A stretch of DNA of 63,988 nt, filler included, from Eremomyces bilateralis CBS 781.70 (GCA_010015585.1; 5 parts of 4 records of this genome joined end to end with filler, not necessarily neighbours in it), one strand, 5' to 3'. Positions 22,641 through 36,971 are shown, numbered from the whole stretch's first letter. A program made the numbers and translations. The notes: a model not told the origin generated them from the letters alone.

Positions 22641-23855
22641 CTAGTGGCTGTTTGGAGTTGTTCGGCCACAGGATGGACGAGTCGATTATGAAATGCACTG
22701 CAAGCTTCCGGTGAGAAGGGTTCATCCATTGTGACAACCTTGCTGATAAAACGTGTAAAGGATAACTAGCGAAAGATCCCATAAAGGGGTGTAATTGTTG
22801 CTAAGCCGTTGCAATCTATCGAATAGAACTGTCGCAGGCCAAAGGATTAGATCTAGGACCCTAAGGCTACTTTGGTTGAGTGCATTGCCCGTCACGTCGC
22901 CGAGCCCTAGCTTGCACTCGAACAGTGAATTTGGATATGGTACTGTGTGGGGTCAGAGTAATGAGTCAGTAATGAGTAATCCCCTAATCCGGTCAAATCG
23001 TGCACAGGCCCCAACAACCACGAGACGCGTCAAAACGACTCTAGATTTTAGATGATCAATATCTTCATCAATTTTAATGATGGAACGCTCAATTTTGGGT
23101 GAATTAGCGGCAATTGGCGTAAGGATGCAGATCTTACGCCAGAACAGCGATCCGCAATCATTACAATGGTCGACGCGGGCCTACTGTCTACTATAAATGA
23201 GCGATTGCGCGCGAGGTCAGATGCTCGCCCTCAACCATCGACGCGCTGCATAGGTGCAGGGATCACTCTGTATTTGACGACCATCAGTTGTATTTGCTTT
23301 GCAGCGCGCATTTAGCTTCTACACCGTTTCATGTCTGGATTTTCATCCACATACCGAGCACCTAGGACTAACGTAGAGCCCATACAATTATTAGTAATGA
23401 TTCAATTGGCGTGGTTGACGTTTGAAATTCGATAGCATCATAGGCATATGCAACAAAGTTGGTGGGGACCGGGGCATGGCTCAATTCCAGGTTGGAGAGA
23501 TCCATGGAGAGAGTATGGATAGAGTACCGTATCCATAAAGGAGTTCTGATTGGCGTCAGAGCATGGCAGATTAACTCCATAAAACGGCCTCATAAATGAA
23601 GCTCGACGAGGCCGCCGGCTACATAGGCGATTAGCCGAGCAGCTTTTCCATTATTCCAGTATGATACACCATCCTGTTACTAAAAGACCATCCGTAACCA
23701 TACTATCCCAGATTCCCGAATGCAGCATCATCCAGTGTCCATGATGAATCCATGGGATCGCGTGGACTTCGAATTACTCCCGTTTTCTCTCGCAGATTTA
23801 TGCTAAAGCACTGCATTCCCTGCCGATAACCCTATGAAACGCTCATGAATGTGCC

Positions 23856-26539
23856 TCAATCAATCTCCTTGTCGACCACCTCCCCGCGCGCCGGCGTTCC
23901 GCTTAGGCCTGCCGCCTCGATCAGGCTTTTCGGGACCTTCGCTCCGGCAATCATCACCATCTCCTCTTTGTCGTCATCTTTATCGTCCTCTTTATCCTCC
24001 TCCTTCTCTTCCTCCTTCTCTTCCTCCTTGTTCTTCGAGCCTGAGCTAGTTGCAGTAGCCCCACTGGACGACTTCTCGGGAGAGCCAGTGGGGACAGTGA
24101 GGCCGCCACCCAGACCTTTGAAGACCGCCTTCTCGTCCTCGTTATCTAGGCTGGCCTCGGATTGATCCGTCGGGGGAACTTGGGAAGGTTTCCCACCGTG
24201 CGTCGGTCCAGCGCCGCCGATTCCCATTCGACGATCGCCGACGTTGAGCAAGGGTCCACCAGAACCACGCCGGTGGCTTGCCGAGCCAGAAGGACCAGCG
24301 GAAGAGGGACATGCACTGCTTCTAATCGGGAGTACCGGGTGCGTATCCGGAGGCGAATGCCCCTCTCCAGTACCCTCAACCCCGATGGCAAAGCTCACGA
24401 GCCCTTCGTTCCGTCGGACGTAATCCTCCAGCCGCGTCGCGTACGATGTCTGGTCGGCTAGCTCATCGTCCTCCTCGTTCAAGCGCGCCTTCCCATGGTT
24501 GGCGTCACTCTCACGGAACTCCATGTGGAGAGGCGTGTCATCGTCATTGCCATCCGTTCCACCGGCATCGCCCTCTTCCGAACTAAGCGCCTCGGACGCG
24601 TCGTGGTACGTCTCGTCATTCGCCCTCGTTGCCATCTCTTCGAGACGCTTGGCGACGCGGTCGGGGATGACGAAACCCGGGTTGCGGTAGGTGCTCGGCT
24701 GCGGCTTGGTGAGGGAGATGTCTTCGAAGAAGGAGATGACCCGGCCGAGGAGAGAGGGGAAGACGCATTCTGCGACTTCGTGGTTGGGGCCGGCGGAAAG
24801 CATGGGGAACGCGGACGACTCGATGGCACCCGAGGAGGAGGAGATAGACACCATTGACGCGCTCGGATGGAGCGTACCGCATGCACGCCCCGGGGAGCTG
24901 AAAGTATTTCGACGACTCGTGGCATTGGGAGTCGCGGTGGTCAAGGTCCAGTGCGACGCTGGCGTGTTGTACGGAGGGGAGATGGTGGGCGTGGTGTCGG
25001 TGAGAGTCTCCTCGCTATCGTTCATATCGGCGAAATCTTGCACATGGACGCCTTCGGCTGGCGGGTGAATTGCCCCGGAGGGAAAATTCTCGGAGCGGAA
25101 GGCGGCAACTTGCGCGGCGGCGGCTTCTTGCGCTTGGGTTGGAGGGCTACCGGCACTGCTCTCGCTGGAGTCGAACACCGCATTTTCGCCAAGTCCCGTG
25201 CTGTTGAGTGCGTTGAGGTACGACACGATATTCTCGGTCTGGTCGGCCGAGTTGTCAGAAAGGCGCTGCTCCTTGTTCATAATCTCCGTCCAGAAGACCC
25301 TTCCAGTTTCTAGTGCATCAATCTTCTCCTTGCTGGAATTTCCATCAATATTCCTCCCTCGTACCAAGGCTGCATCGGAATCCACGACTGACTTGGGCTG
25401 GCTGATCGAGTTGGGCGGAATTGAGAGAGGAGTATCTAAGATTTCATCATCTCGAACCCATGAACGGGTACGGCGCGCTAGGAAGGTCGCGAGGTTGATT
25501 TCCTCGATTTCGCTGCAGCAGACCTCGCTTGGGTTGATCAGCGCCATACCGGAGAGTTGACCAACGTAGTCCAGATATTCTTCCTTGAGAAAATCCATCA
25601 GGATGTCCGCCCCGTCGTAGAGCCCGACAACGTAGACTTCGGCCCCGTTCGCAACAAAGGTAGGGTCAGCGACGACCTGTTTGAACACGGAGCTGATATG
25701 GTCTTGGACGGTCTTGTGTCCTTCCACCAGATTGTACTCCTCGTCAATGTTATGTGCGGGATGGACGGCGGAACTACGTCGACGCGCCATCCATGACTGC
25801 TGGGACATGTTCTCCTTCATCTGGAACGAGTAGAGTCGTCCACCTGGGTTGAGGATAACAATACCCGGGATGCCGTCGTCCTCATCGGCTGCGGTAGCAG
25901 TCTTTGTACCTCCGGGCTTCTCGCCGTTCGCACTATCGATTGGGTCGGGTTCTGTCTCATCGAAGATCTCTCCCGCCTTCGACTTCCCATCTTTCTTGCA
26001 GTAAAACTGCTTGCTGCGGCGGATGAGTTCCTGAACGACACCGGCCACGCTCCCTTTGTTGATGCCGCCTTCGCCGCACAAAATCCTGTAGGCGAGGACT
26101 CCGAAGTCCTGTAGCTGATCATTGACCAGGATCAAGACCCGTTTCTTCAGTCGAAGTTTCTCAGGGTCGGTGGCGTAGATGGCGACATGTGGGCCATCGG
26201 GCTTTTCCACGCTGGGGATCTTGTTCGCGTCGAACGGGTACATATAGAGCTTTCGGATGCAGAGTCCAAGGAGACGCCGCTCGACCTCAAGGCGGATGCA
26301 TTCTGGAGATCTCGTGAGTATGACATTTCCTTTGAATGGATGTCGAATCACTCACTGTGCATTGCTTCCCGTTGCACCTCGTTCCATCGCCAAATGTCAG
26401 TGATGTAGAACTGAAATTTCTCATCGGGTTTGTCGATCTTGCGAATTTTGTCGTCTTCCGTGATGTAATAACCCAATTCCTTCAGGTTGGCAGGGAACTC
26501 TGGGTCTTTGGGCAGACCATCCTCCATGAGGCGGAACAT
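23856..26539 (-). CDS. arb2: Arb2-domain protein (Argonaute-associated chaperone subunit-like)
   Basis: N-terminus MFRL...LPKDPEFPANLKELGYYI...NEVQREAM, then KKRVLILVND, GVLAYR and PGIVILNPG; intron 26303-26355; long low-complexity C-terminus. Confidence 0.8.
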
Positions 26540-27451
26540 GATGACGAATTTGGTGTAGCGATTGTTTTGCAGAAGAGGATAACGAAAGATGAAAGATGAA
26601 AGATGAAAGACGTAAACGGAGGTAGAAGTGTTTAGAGAGAAGGAATAAGTGAATGTGACATGACCATTGCCTGAAGGAGGCAGACCATCAAAACGAACTA
26701 CAGAAAGTGGATTGAGTGAATTTCCAGGACGGACTTCCTTCTTCCGCACGCTTCCAATGTCTCAGTTCTTATAAGCACAAATTCCGTTCGTTTATAAAAG
26801 CCCTACCTCTCCTTGGGACTCATGCCGGTTGCGTAACGTGGAAATCTAGGCCCCAGAGAAACTCCGCACTTAACCAGCTTGCCGCCTGTGGAGGAAGGTG
26901 TCACAGTTGCCCGACAACTTGGCCCTGGAAGTAGCGGAGGGCGATTCAGTTGGGTCCAGTCGGAGTATTGGATCCGGCTCAAGGGAATGGGGAAAGCGGA
27001 GTTGATGTGTAAAGCGAAGCGAGTGAGAAAAATAACAATCACGAATGACCAAACGGGAAGATGGCGATCGGATTGACAGCGTCGTTGTTTGTGCGACCAC
27101 CGCGGCAGGATTGCTTGGGAACTGTTGGTTGTTTGACGCAAGACAGCGTGATTCTTCCGATCATTCAATGCGCATCTGACCGCTTTGGCCGTTCACACAT
27201 TCAAGCAAAAAAAGCCGAAGAAAGGAGGAGCGCAATACAATGGAGCGAACAGAGACACCAGTAGAAGGTAGGAGAATCACGGCAAGCTGCAGCAATATGC
27301 GAAGTTTTCCGCGGTTCCAATGCGGAGATGGCCACCTTGATTCTTCCGCTCCCTTTTGTACAGAAGGATGTCCGACCCAAACGCCGCCCCATGCCTTTCT
27401 TTATACAGTGTATCTCTCCTCGTCTATGCCACCCATGGTCGTGCTCCGACT

Positions 27452-28022
27452 TTACCAGCTCGCTTTCTTAACACCAGGAAGATGTCCCTTCAATGCATGT
27501 AATCGAAATTGAAACTGTAGCCATAGTTGTTAGTAAATTTTCCATGCCTTCTCTCATCCAGAGCACCGCAGTCGCATCCTGTGGTTGCTTCTCCGATCGA
27601 CCGTCATGGGCATCGAGTGTACGTACCCTGGCCAACCTAAAATCGCTCATTACGCCTCTGCCTCTCCCTGAAGCAATACAGCGATTCTTAATCTGTGTCG
27701 GGTTCGTGTAGGAATGCATCTGCGTGAGCTTCAACTGCGCGATCGTTCGGGTTCGAGGAGAGAGGGTGGTGTTCCGGATCATGTATCGAAGGGCTTGTCT
27801 GTTGGTTCAACACCCGCATCAGTTACGAGTCCAATATTATTTCCGGCTGCCTCCTCCGGACTGGTTCCAAAGACGATTGACGACGATGCAGGAGACTGGG
27901 GATAAGACATACCGCTCCGTCTCATGCTCCGCAAAGACTTTCCGCTTCGTATGATCGCGGATCACTTTGGCATTGATGAAGCTGCCAATGTCCAGCTTCT
28001 TCGCGCGGAAGATGGCCTTCAT
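27452..28022 (-). CDS. MRP2: Mitochondrial ribosomal protein uS14m, 2 introns
   Basis: KVIRDHTKRK...QALRY...PTQIKNRCIASGRGRGV..FRLAR/FQFR...LPGVKKASW*. Confidence 0.93.
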
Positions 28023-28732
28023 GACTTCGGAACTCCGGGAATCTGCCGCTGGACTGTGTAGTTGGACCTAGCCTGTATGGGTTGTCGAAGATGCGATCAG
28101 CAGCTCACGATGTGACGATGTGCTGCGAACACAACGAGGGAAGGTGAATTGGTGAATTGCAAAGAAATGATTGGCTGACATAATGCGCTAGCCCCTTTGG
28201 GATGCAGCACGACCGATTGCACAGATACGCGTCTCTGAGTGGCCTATATATTACACCATACCAAAATGGGGAAATCCAAAGAATTAGTAAGACGTACCTC
28301 TACCCTCGGTCGACCTCGAGCTCGACTTTTTGATTTCCTATTTAGGAAGGACATTTTTCCCATTTTAGATTTCCTATTTAGGAAGTCACAGCCCCAACCC
28401 CAAGTCCCCAACACAACGACCTGCACGTGACAACCGCCAACTCCCACTGCCCACCGCGCCCACCGCCACCCCAACCGCCTCGATCATTGCCAATCCTCAG
28501 CTGCAGTCATGCTGGAAAGGTTTGCCTACTCCTGCGCAAACAAATGGATTCAAGCACACTTACCATTTAGATGTAAACTTCGAGTAGGCATTTCTATTCC
28601 AAAGCACAACACAAAAATATGTATGATATGATGGTAGTGACATCGTAGACGGTATTTAAATACTTGTCGCGCGCTGCCTATGATCCTACAAGTAATTAAG
28701 TACAGTAGCTGAATAACAGGCTCACACCCGCT

Positions 28733-30623
28733 CTACTTTCGAGCTTTCTTCACGCTCCCTCTCGAGCCTCGACTAGCCTGACTCAGCACGCTTGCACTTC
28801 GTTTCCGTCCTGCTCTGGTGACTGTCGAAAGTGAGCCAGCGGATGTGGGTCTCAGCTTCTCCTCCTCTGGCTCTTCCCGTGCTTGTGGTTCTGTAGCATC
28901 TGGTTCATCCCCGGCATCAGAATCCTCCTCGTTCGCTTGATTCCCTCCCCCATCTGCATCCGCCTCTGCTTCGCTTTCGGCATCCTTCTCCTCGTCCGCT
29001 CCATTTCCATTCTGTTCGACATTCTCCACCTTCATCTTCGGATTCCCTTCCTCCCCCGTACTCAACCCCAACCGCTCCGCCCGCACCTTCTCCGCCACCT
29101 GAATCTCCCCCTCCTCCCGCTCCGCCGTCTTCCTCGCCTCCAACAACCGCCCAATCCCCGCCACCACCTTCTCAAACGCTTCGCACACCCGGCTCGTCGG
29201 CAGCTGGATCAGGTCCGGAATTCCCAGCTCCGCCAGCGCGGCCGCGATCTTCTGCGTCTGCACCCCTGACTTCGCCTGTCGCATCTTGAGCACCTTATCG
29301 CTCCGGAATGTCACCCCAGACGCTAACCGGTCGTGCGTGGTGATGCCGTAGCGCGCTTCCTGGCGCGGCGAGATAGTGCGGACAGGCGTGGGCGCCGCAC
29401 CGGCGGACACGGAGCCTTTCTTTTGTGAGGCGGAGAGGCTTTCGCGGTGGCCGGCGGACACGGGCGTCGTAGTGTTGCCGCCGGCGGCGGTGGAGGGGGA
29501 GCCGTTGGCTGCATCGCCCATGCCAAGGCTGAGTCGTGCGGGGACACCACCGGGACCGGGCAGACGTTTGCGCATGCGCTCGGTTTGGATCAGGGCGGAG
29601 AACAGGGTGGAGAGGCCCTGGCTCGTCTGATACTGTGCGGGGGATGCCACCGAATGTGGATATTCGAGACGCGTCCGCAGCTCGGCGCGTTCGAGGTCGA
29701 AGCGCTGCGAGTTCGCGACGATGCGCTGGAGTTCGGCGAGGAGATGTTCTTCTTCTTTGACTTCGTCAGCGTTACGGGTGAGGAGGGAGTCGGCGACACG
29801 CTTGCGGTCGGAGGCGGTTTTAGGGTTGAAGGAACGGAGGGTTTCGTGGAGGGCGAATTCGGTTTCGTTCATGTTGGAGAGGCCGCCGCGGGTGGACAGT
29901 TCCATCGACTTGGCCCAGATGGTGTAGTAGCGTTTCTTGAGTTCCTCCATACTGCGGGGTTTGATGAGTGAGGTTTGGGGTTCTTCGGTGGGTGTCGAGG
30001 AGTCGCTGCTCGGAGGGCGATAGTCGTATCGATCAGCGATTAAAGGCCATCGATGGTAGTACTCTTTGACGACATCCACGAGGTAGTCGGTCTCCTCCTT
30101 CGTCCAATTCTCGTCGTGGAAATGGGTTTCGTACTGTGAGTCGTCGTAGCTTGCGCCGGTGATTTCGATATCGTACTTTGCGAAGTCATAGGTGACTTCT
30201 AACTCCGGTTCCGGGCTCTCTGCGTCTTCTTCGGTTTCGCCGCTTGCCATCGGTTTCGGCGTCGCCTTCTCGTCCGTCCGTCTCCAGTGGCGGAGTACCA
30301 AACCATCTTTGCGGGCCGGATTTGTGAAAGGTTTGTGTTTCCATTTCCTCACGACGAGATCGCTTCGTATTCGATTCGGCTTGTAGGCCTTGCTACTATC
30401 TGCTAGAACGACTGGAGGGACGCCGCGTTCACCCATCAAAGCCTGAACCTCTCGGCTGATGCCAGCTATTGGAATCACCTTTTAGTACTGATTTTCCTAT
30501 TTCAAAAAGCGAGTCCTTACTTAGTCGCGGTCGTGGTTGCGCCGGTCGATGTTCTTTGATGACGGGTTTAGGACCAGCAGCCCCAAGGCCCATGATCTCG
30601 CGCATATCTTTGCTGGTCGCCAT
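28733..30623 (-). CDS. SWC4: SWR1/NuA4 subunit Swc4/Eaf2 (DMAP1 family)
   Basis: GISREVQALMG, FTNPARKDGLVLRHW, SANT-like WTKEETDYL and RSMEELKKRYY; intron ~30467-30520. Confidence 0.92.
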
Positions 30624-31854
30624 GATGAATGGTTGGGCGTGCGCAGCCCAACTCGGGGATTGTATTGTGAGATATCGAGCAAGAGCTTAATGGTTGGTGA
30701 TAGGATTCACTCATTCACTCATGAACCGATGGACGCGATCGAGATCCATCAGAGGATCCCTCGTCCAAGTCGTTGAGGCGACAAGGTAACAAGGCAACAT
30801 TTTAGAGCCAGGAAATATATTAATGCCTTATTGCCTGCCAATTTCTGCAAGGCACCAACACGTGGCTCCCCACATCACGTGCATCAGATGTTCAATCATC
30901 GCAGCTGCAATTGAATCATTGATGTCGAATGTTCACAATCAATGCTTTCTAGTTGATTCCAATGCTGGTAGTCCGAAGATATCAGGCGGATAGATACCTA
31001 TATTAACTGTCAGATTTTATTTTAACTAGAGCCATAATTCATGTCGGCCATCGGGTTTCAAATACCTCCAACAATCCAACAGTCCAACAGAGACTCAGAA
31101 GCGCCGACTCCCGACCCGTCCCAACTCTAAAGAGCCGCCCGCCGACTTGCCAGCATATCCAGACTGGACTTCAATCTATCGAAGCAAAAGGTTAGGTCTT
31201 CTAATTCTCTCCTTGGAACTTTGACCGTCCTCTATTATCACCCCCTTTTCAACCGGCACGCCAGCGGTATTGAGACTCGAGTCTCGACCTAGACCCAGTT
31301 CCGTGCCATGCCATAGCCGTCATAGCCGTCATAGCAGAGATACGACCCTGGATCCGGTTGATCGAGATACCCCAGTCCGCGCCGCAATCCAGACCAGGAA
31401 CACTCCCGGTTCAACAATAACAATCAACAGGGGATAGTCGAGCTATGTGAAAGTTGAGCGCAAGCATCGTGGCGAAGTCAGGATACCGGGTAGAAGTATC
31501 TGCAACCTCGCTGGTTATTTTCGGATTCTCGTCCGACCGCATTACCGCTCCTTGAATTCGTGCGGGTTGCGCCAGTCACCCTCCATCGCGAAGGAACGTG
31601 AACATTCCGCGGTTAAAGAAGCCGCTCACGCTATTTGGCTGCATCCTACCGGTCCGGCAAACTAAAGACCAACGTGCGGATTGAAGATCTCAAAGGGGAC
31701 CAGTCATCTCCTCACCTTACACAAATTTCACATTCGGTGGTGTAATTACCGCGCTTCCCCGGACTTCTCTCATTCACACACCCTATCCTCCGACATCCAC
31801 TCGAAGCGCTGCATCCTCAACCTCCCTCCCACACCTGGGCACCCGAACCCAGGC

Positions 31855-34229
31855 ATGTCGATGGCTCTAGCACCGCCGGTTATCCCTCCACATTTACGCG
31901 CCGATCCCAACTACGACAGCGATATGAACACCATTCCAGATCCACGGACCCCGAGTCCGCTGTCCGGACATCCGGCACAAGCATTGTCGCGAACCGATTC
32001 GGGGTCAGAGGAGGGCGCGATTCAAAATGAGGTCTCGGTATTGACGACCAAGTTGATCAATGCCATGAATCACCAGACGAACCTGGATGATTCGTTGCAG
32101 CAGACGCGGCATGAGTTAGAGCAGGCGATGGAGAAGCTGAAGACGCTGGAGGCAGAGAATAAACGGCACAAAGTGTCAGTGCAAGAGGGGGTGCTGATCA
32201 AGAGGGAGGACGTAGAGAAGACGGACACGAAGCTTAGGAATGACCTGGCGGAGGAGCGGGAGAGGAGGATAGCGTCAGAGAAGACGAAGGACAAAATCGA
32301 GAAGGAGTTGGAAGAGCTGAGTGCGAACCTGTTTACGCAAGCGAATAATGTAAGACAAAGTGGACAGTTTGAGGACAAGCTTATACTAACCATAGACAGA
32401 TGGTGGCGCAGGAACGGGTTAAAACACAGGAGCAACAAGAATCTTTCGACCGCCGAGCTGAAGGGTTGAAGTCGCAATGGAAGCGAGAAGTGGAAGATCT
32501 CCGAAGACAATCACAACAACAGCTCAAAGATACGAAAGAAAAGAATCAGCGCGACATGGACGAGCTCAAGACCCAGTCCGATCGCACCGCCTCACACCTG
32601 CGCGCTCAGCTACGCGAAGCGGAAGACCTCGTCAAGCAACATCAGTCCCAGCTCACCGACCTGAAAACCGTATTGCAATCCATATCCGAGTCTGGATCCC
32701 CCTCTCAATCCTCACCAACGACACCTCATGCAACACCCGCTCCTCCCACCCCAACCATCCGCCAACCTGACTTTGACGCCGCCAAACACGCGACGTTCAA
32801 GCCCGCAATCATCTCACAAGCATCTGTCACACCGTCCACGGCACTCACCCTCCCCGACCTCCTCCAACCCGTCCTCCGCACCGATCTGCATTCTTACGAT
32901 GATTTCTCCACTCTACTCCGAACTAGCCGTACCCTCCCGCCCACTTCCCTCCCTTCGCCCCCACCGCAACCCTCTTCCGTCTCCGCGCCCGCCAGCCGAG
33001 CGTCCTCCGGGAATTACACCGCCATGGCGCATGCCATCTCTCTCGCACACCCCATATCCCCTCCTTCCCCGACCACCGGCTCCTCACCTACCCTCCACCC
33101 CTCCAACCCCGATACTCTCGCCCCCGGCAGCCAACTCCACCACCAACTCCTCACCTCCACCCTCAAGGACAGCAAATTCTACAAGCGCGTCCTCACTGAA
33201 GACATCGACCCCACACTCCGCCTCGACCTCGCCCCCGGCCTCTCCTTCTTCGCCCGCCGCACCGTCATGGCCGCCCTCGCCGCCGGCACCCTCGTCGTCG
33301 AACCCTTCGGCCCCCCTCCCGCCAAAAACGCCACCTCCCCCCAAACCCCCGGCACCTCCAAGCGCCGTAGCCTCGGCATGCTCGGCGCCGACGCCCACGC
33401 CTCCGCCGAGCGTCTCAACGGCCGCAATCGCGGCCTCACCCACGACTCTGCTGCCACCGGCCCCCCCGAGCGACCCGAGCGATCCGGCATGGCGCTCAGC
33501 CTGACGACCGCGGCGGAGAAGTTCCTCCCTCGGAACCACGGGCCGGTCCACCCGTGCGCGCTGTGCGGGGAGAACCGGAAGGTGGTGACCGGGGCGGATA
33601 AGCGGGGCGGGGGATACGTGGACGAGGCGTACGCACGGCGGCACTGTTTCCGGGTGAGCGAGGAGGGGGAGCGGACGAAGTATCCGTTGTGTGGGTACTG
33701 CGTCGCGCGGGTGCGAGCTGCGGCAGAGCTGGTGGCGTTTTTGCGAAGGGGGGTGGGGGGACATTTGACGGGGGGCACGCAGGGAGCGGAAGATCGGGAG
33801 AAGGAGAAGGAGGTGACCGGGCGGCTGTGGGAGGAGTGCGTGCGGTTGCGGGAGAGGATGTTTTGGGCGAGGATCGGGGGTGGGGTGGTGCCGAAGATCG
33901 AAGTGGATGGGGAGGGGAAGGCGGAGGGGCGGTTGGACGAGGCGGAAACGAGGGACATGACGCTCCGGGTTAGTAGTGAGAGTGCGCGGACAGGCAACAC
34001 GGTCGGTAGCGGGGAAGCGTTGGATTCGGTTGTCGAGGATCGCGCGGTCGAGGAGAAAGGGGAGAGGGAAGATCGGGAGCGGGAACAGCATCAGAAGGAT
34101 GATGTGTCGAGCGGGAGCGTCAGCCCGTCGTTTGGGACGCCAGACGATGAGAAGGAGAACGAGCCGGTTAGCCCATTGGAAGAGAGACGAGCAACCGATG
34201 TGAAGCTTCCAGGGGCGTTCGCCGGCTAA
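31855..34229 (+). CDS. SEC2: Rab guanine nucleotide exchange factor Sec2 (start uncertain)
   Basis: IEKELEELSANLFTQANN/MVA Sec2 motif across intron 32350-32399; LKDSKFYKRVLTEDIDPTLRLD; CALCGE...YPLCGYC; RLRERMFWARIG. Confidence 0.88.
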
Positions 34230-34549
34230 TCTTGGGACGCGTTCCGGCTAATGTTTAACCGGGGTGACGGATGGAAGTTGCATTGGTACCTGGTGATTCG
34301 GTTCTGCCAAAGAGTGCCTTATGAGAGATGGGGAAAGGCTTTTGTATGATAACGGATGTGATTGGAACGGGACTGCGAAGCAGCTAATGAAGGCGACGCC
34401 GGTCATATATATCTCTAGCATTCGAGGAAAGCAGCGCAGTTGGTGATTATATAGAAATAAGCTGCTTAGCATAGCTCCTAATCAAAAAATATTCTACATA
34501 TGCTATCAGGCGAAACTATGTCCGTCGGTCTATGTACAATTGCTCGACT

Positions 34550-36316
34550 TTACAATTCCGTACTCTGGGTATTTCGGACCTTCTCCCACTTCGTCAGCAA
34601 TAGCTTCCACCCATCAGCATCCACGTCACACAAGTATCTCCGTTTTCCAACCCGCTCCATTCGCCTCGCCTCCGCATCCCCATTATCTCCACCGATCGTC
34701 CCGTTCATAACCCTTACCTTCATCCCGCCATCCCTCCCCATCATCTCCTGCGCCAACGTCTGTAACCCCTGCCCTCTCAACCCACTGTCGACGGTCGCGG
34801 ACTCGGGGATGAGTAGCGTCCTAGCTACAGGCGGATAGCGCGCATCATCGCCCTCCGTCCCATGTACGTCTCCCAGGCCGCCGATCGCGAACAGCACCGG
34901 GACACCGTCATCGGACGGTGTCGGCTCGCTCCACGGCAGCAGCACCGGGTCCCCGGGTCGTAGAAAACCCGGTACCTTCACCCATCCGACGCTCCCATCG
35001 CGACACGGCACCGCGATCCCGGTCTCGTTGTCCGCAGTGCTCGTCGGATTGACGGTATGCCAGAGCGGTGTTGGACCTGGCGATGGAACCGAGATATGTT
35101 GGAAGATGACGCGTTTCGCTCCGTGGACCTTCGCCACGAGACCCGAGTTTTCGGACGGGTTTGATTGATCGGAGGAGGGGTGAGGGCTCACCTGGTCCAT
35201 GCAAGCGTCGTACGTCGTGGTGTCCCAGAGGTTCGCGAGGATGCGGGAACGGCGCGCTATGTGGCGAGCGGACATGGTGGGCCAGGCGATGCGGCGGTCT
35301 GAGGGGGTGATTTTGGGGGCGTGGGAGATGATGAGGCGGCGGGGAGATTCGGCCTCTGCCTCTGTTTCTGCATGAACGGATGGCGCGGTGGGTAGGGGCT
35401 GGGCTGGGTCGACGTTCGTGCTTGACTCTGCCGGCTGGGTATCGCTCGATTCTACGACAGTGACACCGTGGCTATCGACGTCTGACTGTCTTCGCACAAA
35501 CTTCCTCCCATCAATCACGGCGCCCAGTACCCTCGCCCCCTCTTCCGTGACCGATCCTACTAACTCCTCCACGCTCATGCCCTCCTCAACCTTTACCCAC
35601 CGCTGCGCCACTACCGTCCCTGTATCCATGCTCGTCTCATGCAGCCTCTGCACGGTCACACCCGTCCACTCCCGTCCTTGCAACAGCGCATGGTGGATGG
35701 GTCCGGCGCCAGGTAGGTCGGGGAGAAGGGACGGGTGGAGATTGATGCCGCCGTGTTTTGCGAGTCGTAAAAGGCGCGGAGGGACCAAAAGGCCGAAGGA
35801 AGCGGTGATGATGAGGGAGGGGGAGGTCGGTGGTGTCCATTTGGTGAATGTATCAGCGGGGAGGACGTGGAGAGGGAGGTTGTGGGATTGGGCGAATATC
35901 TTGAGCGGGACTGGAAGTTAATGCTGTTAGCATGACCAACTCAGTAGGAATACCGTGTGCCTGGTATTTTTACCGTCTCGTATCTCCTTCAGCCCTCGAC
36001 CAACTCGCTTCCCAGGTCGACAGACCACGGACACTGACCCGACCGTCCCATCTTCTACCCGCTTGAGGACCGCTTGAAGGGCCGCGATACTGAAATGATC
36101 GGATCCACAGAACAGAATATGCGGCTTGTCGTCTTCGATGTGCGTTTTATTATGAGACCATCTCGTCTGTCCGAAAGACCATGCGACCAATGCCCTCTCG
36201 TTTCCTCTCAGGTCCAGAGGAGAGGACCGGGCTGCGGATGCCCATCCAGGGCTACACGATGAAGCATGTCGAAGGATTGGGCGGAGGCAGGGTACAATTG
36301 ACCTCGCTCTAGACAT
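34550..36316 (-). CDS. FMT1: Mitochondrial methionyl-tRNA formyltransferase
   Basis: ILFCGSDHFS, ASFGLLVP, GGINLHPSLLP and TGVTVQ; presequence-like N-terminus; intron ~35912-35972. Confidence 0.9.
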
Positions 36317-36622
36317 GTCTGTTCATTGTTATCAATCCTGACTAGATCTCAGTGAGACACGGCGTCTCTTCTCCAGAATATGGGTTTCATTATTTCATAT
36401 CTGTCATGGCTCGTCGCCGACCGAACATCACCGGCGCCCTCACCAAACTAAATTTAAGCTTAACTGAATTATCCCAGGCGAACAGGGGTCGTTTGTTTAC
36501 ATCTAACCGGAGTAAGTTAGCATCATACAGGACTTGTTCAGGTCATATCCTTCGTATGTATCTCCTTGTCTGCACGTTTCATAACTTTGCCGTGTATTCG
36601 GTCTTTGAGAAAGAGTGGTGGT

Positions 36623-36971
36623 TAGGGCTGGACACGAATAAGGATTTTGGCTATTCGTATTCGACTTTTCCCTGGGAACGATTATTCGTATTCGACTAAA
36701 TTTCGAGACGTTTTATTCGTATTATTCGCGAATATTCGTAAATAATGCCAAGACTTATTCGGCAAAAGCCGAGCCAATGAATGAATGCCCAGCAGTCGCG
36801 ACTTTTGTTTACCCAACATGCTCCAACTAGAGGATTTGAGCTCTAAGAGATACAAAGCATATCAATATGTTGCAACTTCTTTCTTAATATGGATGACTTA
36901 TCCATGTCTCTTGGGAAGCGCCGTCTTCGCTCCGAGAGAGTTGATTATCATCTTCTTAATGATGGCAGTGA
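36623..36971. mobile_element. DNA-transposon end with TATTCG subterminal repeats (hAT-like)
   Basis: Starts TAGGGCTGGACACGAATA, followed by many TATTCG/CGAATA motifs; runs into the gap. Confidence 0.55.

Noticed and set aside
23856..26539. arb2 plus nearby hairpins/TEs as a dedicated RNAi defence locus
   Set aside because: arb2 sits in an ordinary housekeeping block and no other RNAi genes are present.
33084..34091. Long antisense/alternative ORFs over SEC2, SWC4, arb2, the Sac gene and the LINE
   Set aside because: By-products of codon bias; no recognisable motifs.
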